Notes: generated by a model not told the origin, from the letters alone. 32,871 bases of DNA from Candidatus Fraserbacteria bacterium (GCA_037443265.1 JBBIOR010000019.1:1-32871); one strand, 5' to 3'. Shown: positions 1 to 10,620, numbered from the stretch's first letter. Made by a program: numbers and translations.

Positions 1-392
1 TGCCGCTGCCAGCGCCTCCGGGTGTACTCCAGAAAGCGCTCCTCCACAAGAGGGCGCCGCAAAAGCTCCAGCCACTGCACCCGATCTATCCGGCGCCCCC
101 ACACCTCCCCCAAGGCCCGCACCTCCCACTCCCACTCGCCCGGCCTTGGCGACCGCTCCCGCCCCCAGACAATAAAATCCCCCGGCCCGAAGATCTCCAA
201 CAGACGCCTCGTCGGATGGTGCCCCCAGCAGAACCCCACCGGGCCCTGGCAGATGAGAAAAGTGCCCTCCTTCGCCTCGAGCGGTTGGCCCGCCTGGTAG
301 CTGCTATACGAGGGCAACCCCTGCGGCGATATTCCCTCCAGCAGACAGCCCGCGCGACAGACTACCATTTTCCCCCCGAGTCCCAGCTCCAT
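1..392 (-). CDS. Crp/Fnr-like cNMP-binding-domain protein, partial (3' end beyond window start)
   Basis: Not in ORF track because there is no stop in the window. Hand translation from ATG 368 (in-frame ATG 392 and GTG 401 also possible): MVVCRAGCLL...YQAGQPLEAKEGTFLICQGPVGF...RRLLEIFGPGDFIV...EVRALGEVWGRRIDRVQWLELLRR, the pattern of a cNMP-binding beta-barrel. Confidence 0.65.
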   Translation of the reverse strand, partial: MELGLGGKMVVCRAGCLLEGISPQGLPSYSSYQAGQPLEAKEGTFLICQGPVGFCWGHHPTRRLLEIFGPGDFIVWGRERSPRPGEWEWEVRALGEVWGRRIDRVQWLELLRRPLVEERFLEYTRRRWQR

Positions 393-492
393 ACTCCTCA
401 CCCGCTTGTGGACAGGCGACGCGCCCGGCCATTTGGAGTATAGCTGAAGATCTTCGATCGTGACAGAAGAGGGCTAAGCCACTCCGTCAAGC

Positions 493-1296
493 TTAGGAAC
501 CAATAAGCTTCTGGTGCACTTGCTCGACCAGCTTGAGCCAATCGATCGTTGGAGTAGCTCCATTCTCTTCGTTTTTGACGTGCAAGAAGAACTCGATATT
601 GCCTGCCGGGCCCTGCACAGGCGAGTACGTCGCACCCATCAGCAAAAGCTTCAGCTCTTGTGTGATGAACGCACTTAGCTCTTCCAGCACTTGCCTGTGG
701 ACTTGTGGGTCTTTGACTACACCGCCGCGTTGGATCTTTTCTCGCCCCGCCTCAAATTGCGGCTTGACCAGCACGATCAAATCTCCTCCGGGTCTTGTGA
801 TGGGCAAAAGAGCCGGCAAGATCTTCTTTACGGAGATGAACGAGACATCTATCGTGACGAGATCCACCCGTTCGCCGATCTGCTCCGGACGCAAATAGCG
901 CGCATTTATGCCCTCGAGCACGATGACCCGAGGATCGTTGCGCAGCTTCCATTCGAGCTGGCCTTTCCCCACATCCACGGCATAGACTCTCACAGCACCG
1001 TGCTGCAGAAGACAATCGGTAAAGCCCCCCGTAGAGGCCCCGACGTCTAGACAGATCTTTCCCTGGACGTCAATCTCAAATTCACGCAGTGCTTTTGCGA
1101 GCTTGAGGCCCCCTTGGCTCACGTAGCGCGGCGGCTCTTTGAGTTCAATTTGAGCCTCTTCAGGGATAGGAGTTGCGGGCTTATCCACGAGTCTTCCATT
1201 TACGAGCACACATCCAGCGAGGATCAGCCGCTGCGCAGCCGCACGACTCTTGGCCCATCCCCGCTCTGTGAGCCACACGTCTAGACGCTTCTTCAT
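493..1296 (-). CDS. tlyA: TlyA family rRNA (cytidine-2'-O)-methyltransferase, S4 + FtsJ domains
   Basis: MKKRLDVWL S4 start, YVSQGGLKL, LDVGASTGGFTD, DVSFIS, VKPQFE, GNIEFF. Start at ATG 1296 after GGAAGG. Confidence 0.95.
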   Translation of the reverse strand: MKKRLDVWLTERGWAKSRAAAQRLILAGCVLVNGRLVDKPATPIPEEAQIELKEPPRYVSQGGLKLAKALREFEIDVQGKICLDVGASTGGFTDCLLQHGAVRVYAVDVGKGQLEWKLRNDPRVIVLEGINARYLRPEQIGERVDLVTIDVSFISVKKILPALLPITRPGGDLIVLVKPQFEAGREKIQRGGVVKDPQVHRQVLEELSAFITQELKLLLMGATYSPVQGPAGNIEFFLHVKNEENGATPTIDWLKLVEQVHQKLIGS

Positions 1297-1311
1297 CTTC
1301 CTTCCCTGGAG

Positions 1312-1341
1312 AGCATAAGGGTATCGACGATCCGAGGGCAA
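1312..1341 (-). promoter_or_regulatory. putative sigma70 promoter of tlyA
   Basis: TTGCCC-18-TATGCT on minus strand, just upstream of the RBS. Confidence 0.5.
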
Positions 1342-1424
1342 GCGACTCAGGGGAGCCCAATTTCTAGGACTCAGCGCGGGATCTAGCGCGCGCACTTTGC
1401 TTCTAGAGATGAAAAACGAGGGAT

Positions 1425-1453
1425 TTGCCAAACGTCCCCGGCTCGTGTATAAT
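1425..1453 (+). promoter_or_regulatory. sigma70 promoter of the DEAD-box helicase
   Basis: TTGCCA-17-TATAAT. Confidence 0.75.
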
Positions 1454-1538
1454 AAAGTGCTTTTCCGCTGATGCCCCACCAAAGGTGTCCGCAGACAAGC
1501 ATAACTCGCTAATAGAGGCAAATTGAAAGGAGCTTTCA

Positions 1539-2741
1539 GTGCCGTTTAGCAAACTGGGGCTGTCACACCCCATAGTGCGAGGAGTTCGAGCGGCCGGTTA
1601 CCTCGAACCCACACCCATTCAGTCGCAAGCGATCCCCCCTATCCTAGCCGGCCGCGATCTGATAGCCACTGCCCAGACGGGCACCGGCAAGACCGCCGCT
1701 TTTGTGTTACCCATCCTCGATCGGCTCCAAGAGAAACAAGGACTTCGCTGCTTGATCTTGACCCCCACGCGCGAGCTGGCTGCTCAAATTGAAACAAACA
1801 TTCGAGATTACGCCCGCTTCACGCAGATTCGCTGCGCCGCCGTCTATGGCGGTGTCACTATGGGGCCGCAGATCGCAGCCCTGCAAGAGAGCCCTCAAAT
1901 TTTAGTCGCCACACCGGGACGGCTGCTCGATCACATCCGGCACCGCCATGTGAGGCTCTCACAGATCGAGATCTTCGTGCTAGACGAGGCGGATCGGATG
2001 CTGGATATGGGCTTTCTGCCCGACCTCCGACGGATCATTCACAGACTGCAGGGGAAGCGGCAGAATCTCTTCTTCTCGGCCACGATGCCCCGCCAGATCG
2101 AATCTCTAGCACGACAGACGTTGGTCGATCCCCTAGTAGTGGCGGTCGGCCCTCAGGCCAAGCCCGTCGAAGGAGTCTCGCAATTTCTCTATCCCGTGCC
2201 GCGTCATTTGAAGATGGCCATGCTGATCAAGCTGCTCGAGATCACGCCCCATACATCCGTGCTCGTCTTCACGCGCACCAAATACGGGGCAGATAAAGTG
2301 GCGCGTGCCCTCCATCGCCAGGGGTATCCCGTGACGGCTCTGCACGGCGATCGCAGCCAGAGCCAGAGGTCACATGCCCTCCACGGCTTCCGCACGGGTC
2401 GCTATAGAATTCTTGTGGCGACCGATCTGGCCGCCCGAGGCCTCGACGTCGAAGGGATCTCGCACGTCATCAACTACGATGTGCCGGAGACGCCCGAGGC
2501 GTACATTCACAGAATTGGGCGCACAGCCCGAGCCCAAGCCGTCGGAGATGCCTTCACGCTCGTCGCCCTAGAAGAAGAACCGTCGATCCATCAGATCGAG
2601 AGGCATCTCCAACGAGTGCTCCCCAGGGTGGGGGTACCGGACTTCGAGTACAGTGCCCCGGCTCCGCAGCCTGCGAACCACCGACAGCTCAACGGGCATT
2701 CTTTCCGTCATCGGAGATTCGCCTCTCGGCGCCGCCGGTAG
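1539..2741 (+). CDS. DEAD-box ATP-dependent RNA helicase (RhlE-like)
   Basis: Q motif PTPIQ, AQTGTGKT, PTRELA, TPGRL, DEAD, SAT, ARGLD, HRIGRTAR. GTG start after AAGGAG, Arg-rich tail. Confidence 0.95.
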   Translation: MPFSKLGLSHPIVRGVRAAGYLEPTPIQSQAIPPILAGRDLIATAQTGTGKTAAFVLPILDRLQEKQGLRCLILTPTRELAAQIETNIRDYARFTQIRCAAVYGGVTMGPQIAALQESPQILVATPGRLLDHIRHRHVRLSQIEIFVLDEADRMLDMGFLPDLRRIIHRLQGKRQNLFFSATMPRQIESLARQTLVDPLVVAVGPQAKPVEGVSQFLYPVPRHLKMAMLIKLLEITPHTSVLVFTRTKYGADKVARALHRQGYPVTALHGDRSQSQRSHALHGFRTGRYRILVATDLAARGLDVEGISHVINYDVPETPEAYIHRIGRTARAQAVGDAFTLVALEEEPSIHQIERHLQRVLPRVGVPDFEYSAPAPQPANHRQLNGHSFRHRRFASRRRR

Positions 2742-3922
2742 GCCTCCAGGCCCTGCGATAGGATGCGCATCGCTCTCTTTAGCGCTTGAGTGTTGAGCAC
2801 ATAGGCGATGCGCACTTCGTCGCGCCCCTTGCCCGGAGTCTTATAGAAATCCATCGCCGGGGCCAAGAGCACCGTCTCGCCCTCCAGCTCAAAGTCCCTC
2901 AAGAGCCAGGCGCAAAATCTCTCGGCGTCGTCGATGGGCAGCTTGGCGATCACATAGAAGGCCCCCTGCGGCCTGCGGCAGAGGATCTCTGGAATCTTGT
3001 GAAGCTCCTCGTAGACGAGATCCCGCCGCCGCTCGAATTCTCCAATCATCTGCGCCACTTCTTGGCGATACCGGCTCGATTTCAAGAAATGAATGAGCCC
3101 CAGCTGCCCCAGGGTGGGTGGGGAGAGTCGGGCCTGGGCGAACTTGAGCGCCGCCTGCATGAGGAAAGCATTGCGACTGGCCAGGACCCCGATGCGGGCG
3201 CCACAGGCCGAAAATCTCTTCGAGATGCTATCTACGAGAATCGCCCGCTCTTCAAGCCCTTCGAGCTCAAGCACGCTCCGGTGAGAGAGCCCATCGTAGA
3301 CGAACTCCCGATAGACCTCGTCAGCAATTAAGAAGAGATCGTGTTTGAGCGCGATCTCTCCGAGCATCTCCAGCTCGCCTTGGGTGTAGACGGTGCCCGT
3401 AGGATTGCCCGGATTGCAGAAGAGGATAGCGCGCGTCTTGGGCGTGATCTTCTCCTCAATCCCTGAGTGCTCAGGCAGGTGGAAGCCTGTCTCGGCTTGA
3501 GTCTCGATGGGAATGATTTCGATGCCGGCCATCGTCGCGTAGGAGTGGTAATTGGTGTAGAAGGGCTCCGGTATTAAAATCTCATCGCCCGGGTCTGTGG
3601 TGGCTAGCAGAGCAAACATAACGGCCTCGCTGCCCCCGGCCGTGATGATGAGCTGATCCCTCTTAAGCGAGCTGTTCTGATCCTCGTAATAGCTGATGAG
3701 GGCATCGATGGCCTCATCGAGCCCTTGGGAAGGACTGTAGGCCAAGACTTTCGGAGGATTCTTCACCCCGTCGAGGAACGATTTCGGCGTGGGAATATCC
3801 GGCTGGCCGATGTTCAAATTATAGATCTTTTTGCCCGCCTTTTGGGTTTGGTCTGCTAGGGGTTTGAGCTTGCGAATGGGTGAAAATTGTGTTCTTTGCG
3901 CGCGTTTTGAGATTTGAGCCAT
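2708..3922 (-). CDS. PLP-dependent aminotransferase class I/II (aspartate aminotransferase-like)
   Basis: NIGQPD, NPGNPTG, DEVY, SISKRFSACGARIG (PLP lysine), PQGAFY, VRIAY. Start at ATG 3922. Confidence 0.93.
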   Translation of the reverse strand: MAQISKRAQRTQFSPIRKLKPLADQTQKAGKKIYNLNIGQPDIPTPKSFLDGVKNPPKVLAYSPSQGLDEAIDALISYYEDQNSSLKRDQLIITAGGSEAVMFALLATTDPGDEILIPEPFYTNYHSYATMAGIEIIPIETQAETGFHLPEHSGIEEKITPKTRAILFCNPGNPTGTVYTQGELEMLGEIALKHDLFLIADEVYREFVYDGLSHRSVLELEGLEERAILVDSISKRFSACGARIGVLASRNAFLMQAALKFAQARLSPPTLGQLGLIHFLKSSRYRQEVAQMIGEFERRRDLVYEELHKIPEILCRRPQGAFYVIAKLPIDDAERFCAWLLRDFELEGETVLLAPAMDFYKTPGKGRDEVRIAYVLNTQALKRAMRILSQGLEAYRRRREANLR

Positions 3923-3982
3923 GCCGCATACCCTCTTTCTGTAAGATCGAGGCTTCTTGTTGATGCATGATCGCTCACGGCC

Positions 3983-4011
3983 ATTCTCTAGCACAGAGGG
4001 GAGCTTGTCAA
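3983..4011 (-). promoter_or_regulatory. possible promoter of the aminotransferase, overlapping the stop of the ddl-like gene
   Basis: Perfect TTGACA, then 17 nt, then a weak GAGAAT (within TAGAGAAT). Confidence 0.4.
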
Positions 4012-4718
4012 GGGATTCTCTTAAGAGCGGTCTTCAGCATGAGCTCACACAGAAGGTCGAAGGGGATGCCGGCCACCTTAGCAGCCCTAGAGAAGGGGCC
4101 CTCCTCCGTCAACTCAGGGTTCGGGCGGAGCTGAAGCACCGAGATCCTACCCCTCTCGTCGAGGCCGAGATCGACTTGGGAGAACCCCAAGCAGCCCAGC
4201 GCCTGATGGGCCCTAAGCGCCATCGGCTGGAGTGCGCGAAGAGTCTTTTGGGGAAGATCAGCCAGCAGGGAAGCCCCCTTTGGGGAAAGCTCCACAGGCG
4301 GAAGCGCCCTGTCTTCGCCCTCGATGTGCAAGATCCCGACCGCGACCCTTAGGCCGGAGCATCTCTGTGGGTTTTGGGCAGAAAGCCCAGCGATCTCCAA
4401 GGCCCGATGAAAGGCCACAGGGTCGGCGGCCGCGGCACAGGCCAAGGGCCCGGAACCGGCGTAGGAGATGCCTAGAAGCTCCAGCAGTAGCTGCAGCGTT
4501 CCGTTCTCGCCTAGGCCTCCGTGGAGGCACGGGAAGACCACCTCGATCCCTTCGAGCTCTTCGATGAGTTCATCGGCCGAGTCGACGATCAGCTTCCGGA
4601 CGCGATAGCCTCTCTGTTTGAGGGCAGAATAGCTGCGGGCCGCGGAGCGCAGGGAAAGCCGGCGCTCCCCAGAGAGTCCCCCCGCCACGACGCCGATGCG
4701 CACTCGGGTAAGATCCAT
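4008..4718 (-). CDS. D-alanine--D-alanine ligase-like protein, internally deleted and probably inactive (236 aa)
   Basis: GVVAGGLSGER, FPCLHGGLGENGTLQ, YAGSG and C-terminal LGC.GFSQVD...AGIPF match Ddl. The central ATP-grasp subdomain and omega loop are absent. Confidence 0.8.
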   Translation of the reverse strand: MDLTRVRIGVVAGGLSGERRLSLRSAARSYSALKQRGYRVRKLIVDSADELIEELEGIEVVFPCLHGGLGENGTLQLLLELLGISYAGSGPLACAAAADPVAFHRALEIAGLSAQNPQRCSGLRVAVGILHIEGEDRALPPVELSPKGASLLADLPQKTLRALQPMALRAHQALGCLGFSQVDLGLDERGRISVLQLRPNPELTEEGPFSRAAKVAGIPFDLLCELMLKTALKRIP

Positions 4719-4751
4719 GTCAGGGCTATAGAAACACACCGGCCTAGGGGC

Positions 4752-4780
4752 TTGACAAGTCGGGGAGCGTATGGTATACT
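4752..4780 (+). promoter_or_regulatory. rRNA promoter
   Basis: TTGACA-17-TATACT with extended -10 TG and C-rich discriminator. Confidence 0.9.
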
Positions 4781-4805
4781 CCCCCCTGCCGCGCATGGAA
4801 GTGCC

Positions 4806-4817
4806 TGCTCTTTGACA
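4806..4817 (+). promoter_or_regulatory. rrn boxA antitermination element
   Basis: TGCTCTTTGACA versus consensus TGCTCTTTAACA, in the 16S leader. Confidence 0.85.
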
Positions 4818-4852
4818 AGTGGATAGCATAGCCGGGTGGATCATCTTGAGAT

Positions 4853-6413
<1,561 letters not shown>

Positions 6414-6502
6414 AGCAGTTCGCTCAAAGTGAGTAGGGCACTTCCAAGCGCACTGGACCCTGGCTATGCTATTCCACTCTCTCTCCCTCCTAGCCATCAG
6501 CC

Positions 6503-6531
6503 TTGAACTCCCGGCTAGTCTTCCCTATACT
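6503..6531 (+). promoter_or_regulatory. sigma70 promoter of the PPIase-TPR operon
   Basis: TTGAAC-17-TATACT. Confidence 0.65.
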
Positions 6532-6584
6532 CTCTCAGTCAGGACAAGAAAGCAGAAGGGCAAGAGAGGAGAGGCGCTCTGGCC

Positions 6585-9035
6585 ATGGCGAGTCATCCAA
6601 AGCTCCTGCGGCTGGTCCCCCTGCTTGTCCTGGGTTTGCTCTTCGTCCTCGCGGGCGGCTTGTCATGGCTTTCACCCTTCCGCACCGGCGATGCGGCCCT
6701 CATCATCAACGACAGAGTCATCTCCCGCCCAGAATTTGAGGGAGCCTATCAAGAGTTCGTGAAAGGCTATCGTGCGTCTCTGCCGGCCGAGGAGCGCTCC
6801 GACTTCGATCAGAGGCTCACAGGAGCCCCGGGAGCCTACTATAAACTCCAGCTGCAATCCCAAGTGGCAGAGGAGCTCATCCGCCGCGCTCTCATCGAGC
6901 AGGCGGCCCACGAGAGGGGCATCCGAGTCGCCCAAAGCGAACTCCTCCAAGAGGCCCGCTTGGAAATCTGGCGCTTTCTAGAGGCCAACGGCGTCCCGCC
7001 TGAACAGATCGAGAAGACCCTCAATGACCCAAAGACCTATCGCAGTCTGTTCACCCAGGGGCTGCTCAAGCAGCTGCGCGCACAGATGCTGGAGGACCGC
7101 CTGCGTCAGCGCATAGTGGGCCCACTCCAACCCAGCGAGGAGGAGCTGCGCTCCTATTATCAGCAGTACCGACCGAGGTACTACTCGCCGCCCCTCGTGC
7201 GCGTCCGGCATATTCTCATCCGCCTGAGTGAGGATGCCCCGCCCGAGCAGGTACAAGCCGTCCGCCAGAAGATCGAACAGATCCGCCGGCAATGGGAGAA
7301 GGGGACCCCTTTTGAGGACTTAGCCCGCAGATACTCTGAAGATCTGTTCACCGCCCAAGAGGGCGGCGACTACGGCTGGCTCCAGCGAGGAGATCCCCTG
7401 GGCGAGGAGTTCGTCGAAGCCGCCTTCGCCCTCCGCTCCCCCGGCGAGGTGAGCGCCCCCGTCCGCTCTAAGCGGGGCTTCCACTTGCTCCAGCTGGTCG
7501 AACGCCGCCCGGCCCGCGGCGAGCAGTTTGAGTACGTGGCCTCCGAGGTCCAACGCGACTACATCCTCGAAAAGACTCAAGAGATCTTCCGCCAGTGGTA
7601 CGAGCAGTATCGCTCGCAGGCCAGGGTGGAGATCCTCCTGCCCCTTCTGGCCGCCTATCGCCTCGAAGCGAACGACCCCGAGGCGGCCCTGCGCGCCTAT
7701 GAGGAGCTCCGCCAGAGCTCCGACGACCCCTACCTGGGCTATTACATTGCCCGCCTCTATCGCTTAAAACTAGACGAGCGTACTGACCAACCAGAGAGGG
7801 TCGCGCTTGCGGAGAAAGTCATCGCCCATTTGAAAGACGTCTTAAAGAAGGCACCGCCGGAACGCGCGATCTTCGAGGAGATTTTGAGATTGGCCCCCCA
7901 GGACATCGAGACGCGCCTGGCCTTCGCCCGCTTCCTGCTCAGCCAAAGGAGGTGGGATGAGGCGGCGCGCGAGCTGAAGACGGCCGTGGCGCAAGAGCCC
8001 GAGAATCGCCAGGCCCAGAAGATGTACGGCCAGCTCCTGCTGGCCATGAAAGAGTATTCAGCCGCCGCGGAGCAACTGGAGCGGGCGCTGGCCCAGCCCC
8101 AGCCAGAGACGGCTGAGCGCGTGGAGCTCCTCCTCCAGTTGGCCGAGGCCTATCGGGGGCTGGGCCAGAGAGATCGGGCCCAAAAGTCTCTGGAGCAGGC
8201 CCTGCAAATCCAGCCCCAGAACGTCACGATCTACAGAGATCTTGGCCAGCTGGCCCTGGACGCGAGAGACTTCCTCCAGGCGATCCGCCTCTTCGAGCAG
8301 GCTTTGGGAAACGCCACTCCAGACGAAAGGCCCAGCCTTCAGGTGCTCCTGGCCCAGGCCTACCTCGCCCAGGGAGATCTCGACCGGGCCGAGCAGATAC
8401 TCCAGAGAGTCTTGACTGAGAAAGAGCCCCCCGAGGAGGCCTATCTCTGGGCGGGAGAGCTCTATCAAAGAAGGGGAGAAGAGCAGCAAGCCCTCGAGCA
8501 GTATCGTCAGGGCTTCGAGAAAGCGATCTCCTGGAGTGTCAAAGAGCAGCTCGCCCAACGGATTCTGACTCTGACTCCTGAAGATGTCAAGACCCGCTTG
8601 GCTCTGGCCGATCTATATCGACAGATGCGGAACTTCCAAGCAGCTGGGGAGCAATTTCGCACGATCGTAGAGCGCTGGCCGGACTCTATCGAGGCCTGGC
8701 GCGGCCTGGGAGAGGCACTTCTTGCGCTTGGGCAGTACTCCGCGGCGGCGGAGGCCTTCCAGCAGGCGCTCCCTTTCGCAAAGACCCCCCAGGAGCAGTC
8801 GGGCCTATGGGCCCGCATCCTCAGCGCCGAACGCTCCTTAAGCTCCCAGACGCCTCTCTCCCCAAGAGGGCTAGAGGCGCTCTATCAACTGGCCCGGCTC
8901 TCCCTCGCCCTAAACAACTACCAGAAGGTCGCAGATTATTTGAGGCAGCTTAAGGCGGAAGCCCCATCGTATCGTGCCGAGGAAGTCGCGCAGCTTCTGG
9001 ATGAGCTGCGCCGAAGAGGCGTCGATGTGCAATGA
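6585..9035 (+). CDS. membrane-anchored SurA/PrsA-type parvulin PPIase fused to a long TPR region
   Basis: N-terminal TM, SurA-N-like INDRVISRPEF, PpiC motifs RHILI, FEDLARRYSED, GGDYGW, GFHLL, then many TPR-like units (LG.......A...F..AL...P). RBS GAGGAGG. Confidence 0.88.
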   Translation: MASHPKLLRLVPLLVLGLLFVLAGGLSWLSPFRTGDAALIINDRVISRPEFEGAYQEFVKGYRASLPAEERSDFDQRLTGAPGAYYKLQLQSQVAEELIRRALIEQAAHERGIRVAQSELLQEARLEIWRFLEANGVPPEQIEKTLNDPKTYRSLFTQGLLKQLRAQMLEDRLRQRIVGPLQPSEEELRSYYQQYRPRYYSPPLVRVRHILIRLSEDAPPEQVQAVRQKIEQIRRQWEKGTPFEDLARRYSEDLFTAQEGGDYGWLQRGDPLGEEFVEAAFALRSPGEVSAPVRSKRGFHLLQLVERRPARGEQFEYVASEVQRDYILEKTQEIFRQWYEQYRSQARVEILLPLLAAYRLEANDPEAALRAYEELRQSSDDPYLGYYIARLYRLKLDERTDQPERVALAEKVIAHLKDVLKKAPPERAIFEEILRLAPQDIETRLAFARFLLSQRRWDEAARELKTAVAQEPENRQAQKMYGQLLLAMKEYSAAAEQLERALAQPQPETAERVELLLQLAEAYRGLGQRDRAQKSLEQALQIQPQNVTIYRDLGQLALDARDFLQAIRLFEQALGNATPDERPSLQVLLAQAYLAQGDLDRAEQILQRVLTEKEPPEEAYLWAGELYQRRGEEQQALEQYRQGFEKAISWSVKEQLAQRILTLTPEDVKTRLALADLYRQMRNFQAAGEQFRTIVERWPDSIEAWRGLGEALLALGQYSAAAEAFQQALPFAKTPQEQSGLWARILSAERSLSSQTPLSPRGLEALYQLARLSLALNNYQKVADYLRQLKAEAPSYRAEEVAQLLDELRRRGVDVQ

Positions 9036-10243
9036 AGAAGAGCTCTCTGGCCAAGGGGGGAGCGCTCCTTCTGGGAGTGGCCTGGTTCTTCGGGGGAGGA
9101 GAGGGCAGTGTTCCGCCAGCCGCTCCCCATCTGGAGATCTCTGCGATCCTCGGCCCGGAGCTGACCGAAGGAGAAGCCACCTCCTGGAACAACAGTCGCA
9201 AGCTGGCCGTGGACAGCCGGGGCCAGATCCACGCCATCTATCAATATAGCCGGAGCCCCCGCGGCCAGGATCTTTTAAGATATGCCCGCTCCGAAGACGG
9301 CCGGACGTGGCAAATCGAAGAATGGCCTGGCCGCTATGCCACCCTGGCCGTCGACGATGATGATCGCGCCTACATCGTCTATGTCGAGCGCCAGCCGCAG
9401 GGCGATCGGCTTATGCTCCGGCGCCTCTCCCCACAAGGGGAGTGGCACACGCGCATCTTGTTTGAGGACTCTCCCCGCTCGATCTTCTATCCCGCTCTGG
9501 CGGTTGGCCCAGAGAAGATCCATCTGGCCTGGGAGTCCCATAGTCCCACAACAGGCCACACGATTCAATACTTGACGCTCCCTTTGGAGGCATTCTTTTC
9601 CCCGCCGACGATCGAGCAGATCGCTTCCAATCCCAAGGGCGTCTATTTCCCCTCGATCGCCCTGGATGGAAGTGGGCGCGTGCATGTGGCCTGGGAGGCA
9701 GCCCGCAATACGAGCGAACATCGGATCGATGCCGCCTTGCGGGATGACTCCCGCTTCTTCTTCGAGGATGTTTCCGCCCTAGCTGGGTCTGGCAGTGCCC
9801 GCTACCCGGCCCTGGGCCCAGGGCCAGATGGGGAGGTAAAGCTCGTCTTCGTCGTCTATGAGGAGAAGCGGGCCTCGAGTCTATACACGGCCTCGTTTGA
9901 GTTGGGAGCGGATCGCTGGGGCCGACCGCAGCAGCTTGCCCGATACCAGCCCAAAGACAGCCGGCCGGGAGACCTTCCGGACACATCTCAGAAGCTCCTC
10001 TCCTTTCCGGTGGTGGAGGGAGAGCTACTCGTCTGGGGGCATGTGGTGCCGCAGGGTTGCGGGACGGGGCCACTCTTCTGGTCGCGGTCCGGCGGATCGG
10101 TTCCCCAAGCCCTCTTGGGGGAATTTGCTTCGTATCCGCATCTCATGGAGCGTCCGCGGGGCGTCTTCCATCTTTTGTGGACGGATCGGGATACTCAGGA
10201 GCTGCGGGCCTTCTACGTGCGCTACGCCCGCCTGCACTTCTAA
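9032..10243 (+). CDS. secreted hypothetical protein with BNR-like/beta-propeller repeats
   Basis: Signal-like N-terminus, Asp-box SEDGRTW, repeated P.LA.D..G..H..W units, ATGA overlap with upstream gene. Confidence 0.7.
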   Translation: MKKSSLAKGGALLLGVAWFFGGGEGSVPPAAPHLEISAILGPELTEGEATSWNNSRKLAVDSRGQIHAIYQYSRSPRGQDLLRYARSEDGRTWQIEEWPGRYATLAVDDDDRAYIVYVERQPQGDRLMLRRLSPQGEWHTRILFEDSPRSIFYPALAVGPEKIHLAWESHSPTTGHTIQYLTLPLEAFFSPPTIEQIASNPKGVYFPSIALDGSGRVHVAWEAARNTSEHRIDAALRDDSRFFFEDVSALAGSGSARYPALGPGPDGEVKLVFVVYEEKRASSLYTASFELGADRWGRPQQLARYQPKDSRPGDLPDTSQKLLSFPVVEGELLVWGHVVPQGCGTGPLFWSRSGGSVPQALLGEFASYPHLMERPRGVFHLLWTDRDTQELRAFYVRYARLHF

Positions 10244-10620
10244 GCCTCACCTCGCCCCAGCCTGCCCAAAAGCAGGCCGATCAGCACCAGAGGGGCCGCC
10301 AGGATGGTGTTCACAATGGCCTTGGCCAAGGACAGATCCAGACCCACTTCCAATCCCAGTCGATCCCCCGTAAGCTCGGGGTAGAGCAGGGCGAGTGCGC
10401 TCAAAAGGGCACTCACGATCAGGGTGAAGAGCCATGCCCCCAAGGCCTGAGAGAGGCGCGGGATGAGAGCCCCCAATACGACCCCGGCGAGCAGAGGGAA
10501 TCCCAGAGATAGGGGGAAGGGGAGCCGAGAGAACTCTTCCAGGCCCCAGAGGGCCAGTCCGCCGGCGGCGATGCTGCCCGCCAGCAGAGTGGCCAGAGCC
10601 GCCCGCAGGAGTTCCTTCAC
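10240..10620 (-). CDS. small integral membrane protein (~4 TM)
   Basis: Four hydrophobic stretches. GTG start directly abuts the upstream TGA. Confidence 0.7.
   Translation of the reverse strand: MKELLRAALATLLAGSIAAGGLALWGLEEFSRLPFPLSLGFPLLAGVVLGALIPRLSQALGAWLFTLIVSALLSALALLYPELTGDRLGLEVGLDLSLAKAIVNTILAAPLVLIGLLLGRLGRGEA

Noticed and set aside
406..415. DnaA-box-like CTGTCCACA
   Set aside because: Single imperfect copy with no cluster or AT-rich unwinding region
22..443. Plus-strand ORFs 22-300 and 216-443
   Set aside because: Low-complexity products; the minus-strand Crp-like frame explains the region
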